From positions 1-51,137 of the IMG/VR virus record IMGVR_UViG_3300030098_003180: DNA of 51,137 nucleotides; one strand, 5' to 3'. The translations under genes were made by a program, and so were the position numbers. Position 1 is the stretch's first letter; each line of letters starts with the position of its first letter. Source of the DNA: a virus. Its lineage: Duplodnaviria; Caudoviricetes. This document shows, piece after piece, positions 46,888 to 51,137 of this stretch. The notes under the pieces were generated by a model that was not told where the DNA came from, did no database searches, and was given only the letters and a program-made list of their open reading frames with translations.

Positions 46888-47165
46888 ATTGGTAGGAGAA
46901 ATGATCTATAGGGGTGACAAGCCCAAAACAGCTATAGATCTGTTGGCACCCATCATCGATTGGGGTATACCAGAGGCAAGACCACGAAAGTCGAGCTGTT
47001 GGTGGGTGCTTACTTAAAATATTAAGGTAAATTAACAAAATACCTTAAATAATTAGGGCTGTAGTGACAGGCGAGTGAGCTGGATTGCAATCTAAGGATG
47101 ATAGGCATTATTTAAAGCACATCACACTAACGAGGGTCAATCAGCCCTATAACTTTGGAGGAAAT

Positions 47166-47429
47166 ATGATAAATAGATTTAATGACGATGTCTATAAACA
47201 TTATAGATATGATGAAAGTATTATGCAGTCAATGACTGTTGGTAATATTATGGACGCTTTAAGATATGGCTTAAAACATAGAGCAAAATTAGAGGATATT
47301 GCTAAATTCCTAATAAATAAAAGAAGAATCTCTATGTCGTCAGGTGATAGAAGAAAAGCAAATAGTCTTGAAAGGAAAGTTGAGAGACTAAAAGAATTAG
47401 GTTATGAAATATCTAAGGAGGGTGAATAA
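47166..47429 (+). CDS. Hypothetical basic protein (start revised to ATG 47166)
   Basis: GGAGG RBS 5' of ATG 47166; TAATG coupling to the next gene. Confidence 0.7.
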   Translation: MINRFNDDVYKHYRYDESIMQSMTVGNIMDALRYGLKHRAKLEDIAKFLINKRRISMSSGDRRKANSLERKVERLKELGYEISKEGE

Positions 47430-47926
47430 TGGGATTTGATTTAAGTGGTGTTAACCCTAAAATAAATAAAGACACAAGTCAATACAAATATTATGATAAA
47501 GATACTGAAATATGGAAGTCAGAAGATGAAGAATTGCGTAAAAAGTATTTTAAAGACATGGATGATTATTTTAATGACAATCCTGGTGTATATTTTCGTA
47601 ATAATGTATGGTGGTGGAGACCTTTATGGGATTTTGTATGTATGCATTGTGAATTTATGACTGATGAGCAAAAAATGGGTGGTGCTTATAATGATGGTAA
47701 GCTGATAGATCAAGAAACAGCTGCTAAAATAGGCACAAAACTAGAAATATTGCTTGAAGATGGAACTGTTAAGAGATGGGAGAAGCATATTAAGACTAGA
47801 AATGAAGATTTAGCTAAAGATAACGATAAAGACAAGAGATTTATGTCTAATTATCCATTTTCACAAGATAATGTAGAAAGTTTTGCTAAGTTTTGTCTAG
47901 AATCAGGAGGATTTGAGATATGTTAA
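47429..47926 (+). CDS. Conserved-looking phage hypothetical protein
   Basis: AAGGAGG RBS; MGFDLSG...YFRNNVWWWRPLW...SGGFEIC. Confidence 0.75.
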   Translation: MGFDLSGVNPKINKDTSQYKYYDKDTEIWKSEDEELRKKYFKDMDDYFNDNPGVYFRNNVWWWRPLWDFVCMHCEFMTDEQKMGGAYNDGKLIDQETAAKIGTKLEILLEDGTVKRWEKHIKTRNEDLAKDNDKDKRFMSNYPFSQDNVESFAKFCLESGGFEIC

Positions 47927-48066
47927 CATTTATGCCAGTAAGAACTGAAGATGATGTGCTAAAAGAACTAATTGAACTAAAAAATAAGCAATCTATCCTA
48001 AAAATTAAAGAAAATAAGCTAATTGATGAGTTAGTTAGCATAAATAGGGAGGAAAAAGATGTTTAA
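47920..48066 (+). CDS. Small coiled-coil protein (48 aa, not in ORF track)
   Basis: AGGAGG upstream; MLTFMPVRTEDDVLKELIELKNKQ...EEKDV. Confidence 0.55.
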   Translation: MLTFMPVRTEDDVLKELIELKNKQSILKIKENKLIDELVSINREEKDV

Positions 48067-48145
48067 AATATTAGTCTTAGCAATAATCGCTATTATAATA
48101 TGGTATTTTATATGTAAAAAATGGGGAGATAACTTATGGATGTAG
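48059..48145 (+). CDS. 28-aa single-TM peptide (not in ORF track)
   Basis: GGGAGG RBS; MFKILVLAIIAIIIWYFICKKWGDNLWM. Confidence 0.55.
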   Translation: MFKILVLAIIAIIIWYFICKKWGDNLWM

Positions 48146-48324
48146 GAATGTTAGAAGCAAACATGAGAGTTTTAAAGAAAACTGTTAAATATCTGCCTAA
48201 TGGAAGAGTAAAAGAGTCTGTTGAGATGCAAATTAAACAAAATTTAAATCAAATTGATGACTTTTTTGACCAATTAGCAGATGAAGCAAATTTTATTGAA
48301 TCATATGAACAAACAAACCAATAG
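48136..48324 (+). CDS. Hypothetical protein
   Basis: GGGGAG RBS; 62 aa; immediately upstream of the Ubl gene. Confidence 0.7.
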   Translation: MDVGMLEANMRVLKKTVKYLPNGRVKESVEMQIKQNLNQIDDFFDQLADEANFIESYEQTNQ

Positions 48325-48332
48325 GAGGCTAT

Positions 48333-48551
48333 ATGGCAACCAAAACAATCAAATTTCTACAAGGTGGCGGCTTTGTAGAGAGACAAACTAACGCTGATAC
48401 TGTTGAACAACTAAGAAATGAGTTTCCAGATGATATAACTTCTGGATCATCTGTTGCTGTTAATGGGGTATCTGTAACAAATACACATGCTATTGAAGAA
48501 GGTGATATTGTCGCAGCTGTTAATAACAACAAATCTGGTGGTGATCAGTAA
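48333..48551 (+). CDS. Ubiquitin-like beta-grasp protein with C-terminal GG plus DQ extension
   Basis: AGGAGG RBS; 72 aa; TVEQL...VAVNG...IEEGDIVA...KSGG-DQ is the ThiS/MoaD/Ubl signature; neighbours are E2-like, JAB and E1 genes. Confidence 0.85.
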   Translation: MATKTIKFLQGGGFVERQTNADTVEQLRNEFPDDITSGSSVAVNGVSVTNTHAIEEGDIVAAVNNNKSGGDQ

Positions 48552-48645
48552 ATAGATAACTTTAGAGAGAGTGGGGTGGTTACAATAAATCCTTAATGGC
48601 CTGTTATTGTTGGTACAGCTCTCTTTAATTAACCTTGGAGGGTAT

Positions 48646-49908
48646 ATGGATTTTAGAGATTATGACTGCATTGTAGATGGAACTATAGAACAATGCATGG
48701 AAGAAATAGAAGTAGAAGATCTTGGGGAACATATATATTATGGCCCTCAAGCTGAAGTAATGGAAAAGTTACAACAGTTTAATAGTAGAAATAGAGCTGA
48801 TTTAGAAATTACTAAAACATTTAAATGGAAGCGCGGTTCTTATGATAGAGTAGCTGAACTTATGATGAGAGGTCTTGGATTTAGAAGAAGAGCTAGTGGT
48901 ATGCATAACTATTTAAGTAGAGAAGATTGGTTTAAGAACCATGAATGGGACAGAATAAAACGTACTTTAAGAGAGATTGATTGTATGTTATACCATTTAA
49001 GAGGTTCTGGTGAAGTATGGTTAGATGATCCAAGTGTTCTTGTTGAAAGAAAAAACTTATATTCTAATTATATGTCTGAACAAGTAGAATTGGCTGACGA
49101 ATTAATAGATAATATAGATATAATGCAAGAAATGTATCATCAATTATTTGTTCATCCAACATCACGTTCTAGCCAAAGATATATGTTAGTAAGCACACTT
49201 AGAATAAGACCAGGTGTAATGAAAGTATATATGACAGATGGTAGAACAAGTCAAAATGAAGCTGAACATATAGAGAATATAGCATGTGATACAGATTTGT
49301 ATATAAATAACATTACATATCCGCTTAGAACTATGACTAGAAATACTAATTTTAATAGGCCAAGCTTTGATGTTCAAACATTAGGTCAATTAGAACAACC
49401 AAGTGATAAAGGATATTTAACTTATCCATTTATATCTGGTGGTAGACATTACTCTAGTGGTGTATTTGGAAATAATGTATGTTATGGTGATCAGTCAAAT
49501 GATATATATATAGCACTTAATAGATATGATATGGCTTCATTTGTATTACAATCTATTAATTGGGCTACAACTTATACAAACATAACAGGTCCACATAATA
49601 ATATTAAACAAATGTATCATGGTGAACCAGCAAAGTTATCTGAAAGATATAGATATGCTCATCCTGAACCAGTAACACCAGAACAAGCTGAACAAATGAC
49701 CTTGCAATGGGCTACTAGAATGGGTGGTGTTAGCCATGCTGCTCCAACTATAATACATACAACTGATAGTGCAGGAAATCCAATAAGTGTTACTAGAGAC
49801 ACAGTATCAAATGATCAACCGATACAAGGTGATCGTGAACAATGGGACCCTGAAAATCTTAGAGAAGTCCTTGATGAACGTAATATAAACCCAAATGAGG
49901 AGGAATAA
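48646..49908 (+). CDS. Putative prokaryotic E2-like conjugating protein (start revised to ATG 48646)
   Basis: GGAGG RBS; YPFIS...GVFGNNVCYGD (Cys about 279) resembles the E2 HP(N/H)(I/V)...G.xC flap and catalytic Cys; located between Ubl and JAB. Confidence 0.6.
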   Translation: MDFRDYDCIVDGTIEQCMEEIEVEDLGEHIYYGPQAEVMEKLQQFNSRNRADLEITKTFKWKRGSYDRVAELMMRGLGFRRRASGMHNYLSREDWFKNHEWDRIKRTLREIDCMLYHLRGSGEVWLDDPSVLVERKNLYSNYMSEQVELADELIDNIDIMQEMYHQLFVHPTSRSSQRYMLVSTLRIRPGVMKVYMTDGRTSQNEAEHIENIACDTDLYINNITYPLRTMTRNTNFNRPSFDVQTLGQLEQPSDKGYLTYPFISGGRHYSSGVFGNNVCYGDQSNDIYIALNRYDMASFVLQSINWATTYTNITGPHNNIKQMYHGEPAKLSERYRYAHPEPVTPEQAEQMTLQWATRMGGVSHAAPTIIHTTDSAGNPISVTRDTVSNDQPIQGDREQWDPENLREVLDERNINPNEEE

Positions 49909-50861
49909 TGAAAGTATATATCTTAAAAGAATGTTGGGATAAAATAATAAACTATGCTAAAGCTGCTTATCATGGTGAAAAAGCTGAAATAGGTGGTATG
50001 AGTGTAGTTACTCAAGATAAAGATGGTGATTGGTGGATAGAAGATCCTCAAATCTTAAACCAAGAGATTGCAGGCACTACCTGTGACCTTGATAAAGAAG
50101 ATTTGGCTAAATACTATACACAAATGGCTGTAAAATACAAGGATACTAACTTTAGATTCTGTTGGTGGCATAGTCATCATACAATGGATGCATTCTGGAG
50201 TGGTACTGATTTATCTAGTATAGATGAGTATGGTGAAGGAGAATCTGATCTATCGTTTGCTCTTGTTGTTAATCTTAAAGAAGAGTATAAATGCAGAATA
50301 TCTGTATGGAAACCACTACAAGTACATCAAGATGTTGAGCTTGAGATAGTTGGTAAAGAAGATGTAGACATACCTCTTGAAATAGTAACTGAAGTTAAAG
50401 CTAAATGTAGAACTAGAAAGTTTAATACTGTTATAAACAGAAATACTAAACAATTAAGCATTGGCTCTCATAGTTGGTATGATAGTAGAGGAATGTCTAG
50501 TAATTACAGATTGTTAGAAGATGATTGTATGGGACTTAAACCTACAGAGTCAGAAGCTGCTACATTTGAAGCTAAATGGGAGTATGCTAATGGTAAAATA
50601 CATGAATATATCAGACAATTTAATACAGGTGATTGGAATATGCATAAGTATAAATCTGCTATTAATCATACTAATAAACAATTAGAACCTTATGGTATAG
50701 AAATAGATGTTCTAAACAAAAAAGAGTTACAAGAGTTTATTGAAATGGAATCAGCTCCTTATGAGTTGTTACATTGTATTGATGGTAAATATGCTGAAAT
50801 TGCTGAATCATTAATAGATTGTGCATCTTATAATAATATGTATCAAGGAGTATGGATATGA
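49908..50861 (+). CDS. JAB/JAMM (MPN+) metallopeptidase with C-terminal extension
   Basis: E27 in AEIGG and HSHHTMDAFWSGTD, an exact H-x-H-x7-S-x2-D motif; TAATG coupling. Confidence 0.92.
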   Translation: MKVYILKECWDKIINYAKAAYHGEKAEIGGMSVVTQDKDGDWWIEDPQILNQEIAGTTCDLDKEDLAKYYTQMAVKYKDTNFRFCWWHSHHTMDAFWSGTDLSSIDEYGEGESDLSFALVVNLKEEYKCRISVWKPLQVHQDVELEIVGKEDVDIPLEIVTEVKAKCRTRKFNTVINRNTKQLSIGSHSWYDSRGMSSNYRLLEDDCMGLKPTESEAATFEAKWEYANGKIHEYIRQFNTGDWNMHKYKSAINHTNKQLEPYGIEIDVLNKKELQEFIEMESAPYELLHCIDGKYAEIAESLIDCASYNNMYQGVWI

Positions 50862-51137
50862 TAAATACTAGAAGTCAAGACATCGCAGACTTAAAAGGTG
50901 TAGAGTTTCATATTGTAGGTTGCGGGGCTATCGGTAGCTCCGTGGCCATGCAATTAGTTAGACTCGGTGCAGATAACTTTTATTTGTATGATTTTGATAA
51001 AGTTGAAATACCTAATATAGGTGTAAGCCAATACAATGAACAAGATGTAGGGCTAACTAAGGTAGGTGCTTTAATAAATCATATGAAAAGAGTTAATGTA
51101 ATGATTAAGGTAGAAGGAATAATAAGTAAATTTAAAT
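50858..51137 (+). CDS. E1/ThiF/MoeB-family adenylyltransferase (3' truncated, not in ORF track)
   Basis: AGGAG RBS; ATGA overlap; MINTRSQDIADLKGVEFHIVGCGAIGSSVAMQLVRLGADNFYLYDFDKVEIPNIGVSQYNEQDVGLTKV shows GxGxxG, DxDxVExxN and GxxK. Confidence 0.92.
   Translation, partial: MINTRSQDIADLKGVEFHIVGCGAIGSSVAMQLVRLGADNFYLYDFDKVEIPNIGVSQYNEQDVGLTKVGALINHMKRVNVMIKVEGIISKFK

Noticed and set aside
46826-47017. 63-aa plus-strand ORF
   Set aside because: Overlaps the RBS-supported 46741-46887 gene and a strongly paired RNA element.
48329-49377. Minus-strand ORFs 48329-48532 and 49186-49377
   Set aside because: Antisense shadows of the Ubl and E2-like genes.
48333-51137. Simple ThiS/ThiF thiamine auxiliary metabolic genes
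   Set aside because: The intervening E2-like Cys protein and the absence of thiG/moa genes in the window favour conjugation; genes beyond the window edge are unknown.
1-51137. CRISPR array, stop-codon reassignment, integrase, DGR
   Set aside because: No regularly spaced repeats seen; long ORFs are intact under code 11 with TAA, TAG and TGA all used as stops; no recombinase or reverse transcriptase motifs recognised.

Overview
AT-rich (roughly 30% GC by eye) segment of a tailed dsDNA phage with podovirus-type, crAss-like architecture, standard genetic code and Shine-Dalgarno RBSs. Positions 1-2516 (+) are the end of a replication module: a partial DnaB-like helicase, a wHTH protein and a Holliday junction resolvase. 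Positions 2544-44418 (-) form one long morphogenesis block: TerS/TerL, LamG protein, two tandem M15 peptidases, portal, scaffold, major capsid, accessory and neck proteins, metallophosphoesterase, holin-like genes, nozzle, tail fibre and four large cargo/ejection proteins. One of these is a 3129-aa protein with a DFDLD two-barrel RNA-polymerase motif, a probable virion RNAP. Positions 44841-51137 (+) are a divergent, probably early region. It carries tRNA(CAT), a 79-nt tmRNA-like RNA with only the alanyl tRNA-like domain, a ~720-nt highly structured GOLLD/ROOL-type ncRNA candidate and other structured RNAs. It ends in a phage-encoded ubiquitin-like conjugation operon: Ubl ending GG-DQ, E2-like protein, JAB/JAMM peptidase and E1/ThiF (truncated at the window edge and missing from the ORF track). 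All family calls come from motif recognition; no database searches were run.
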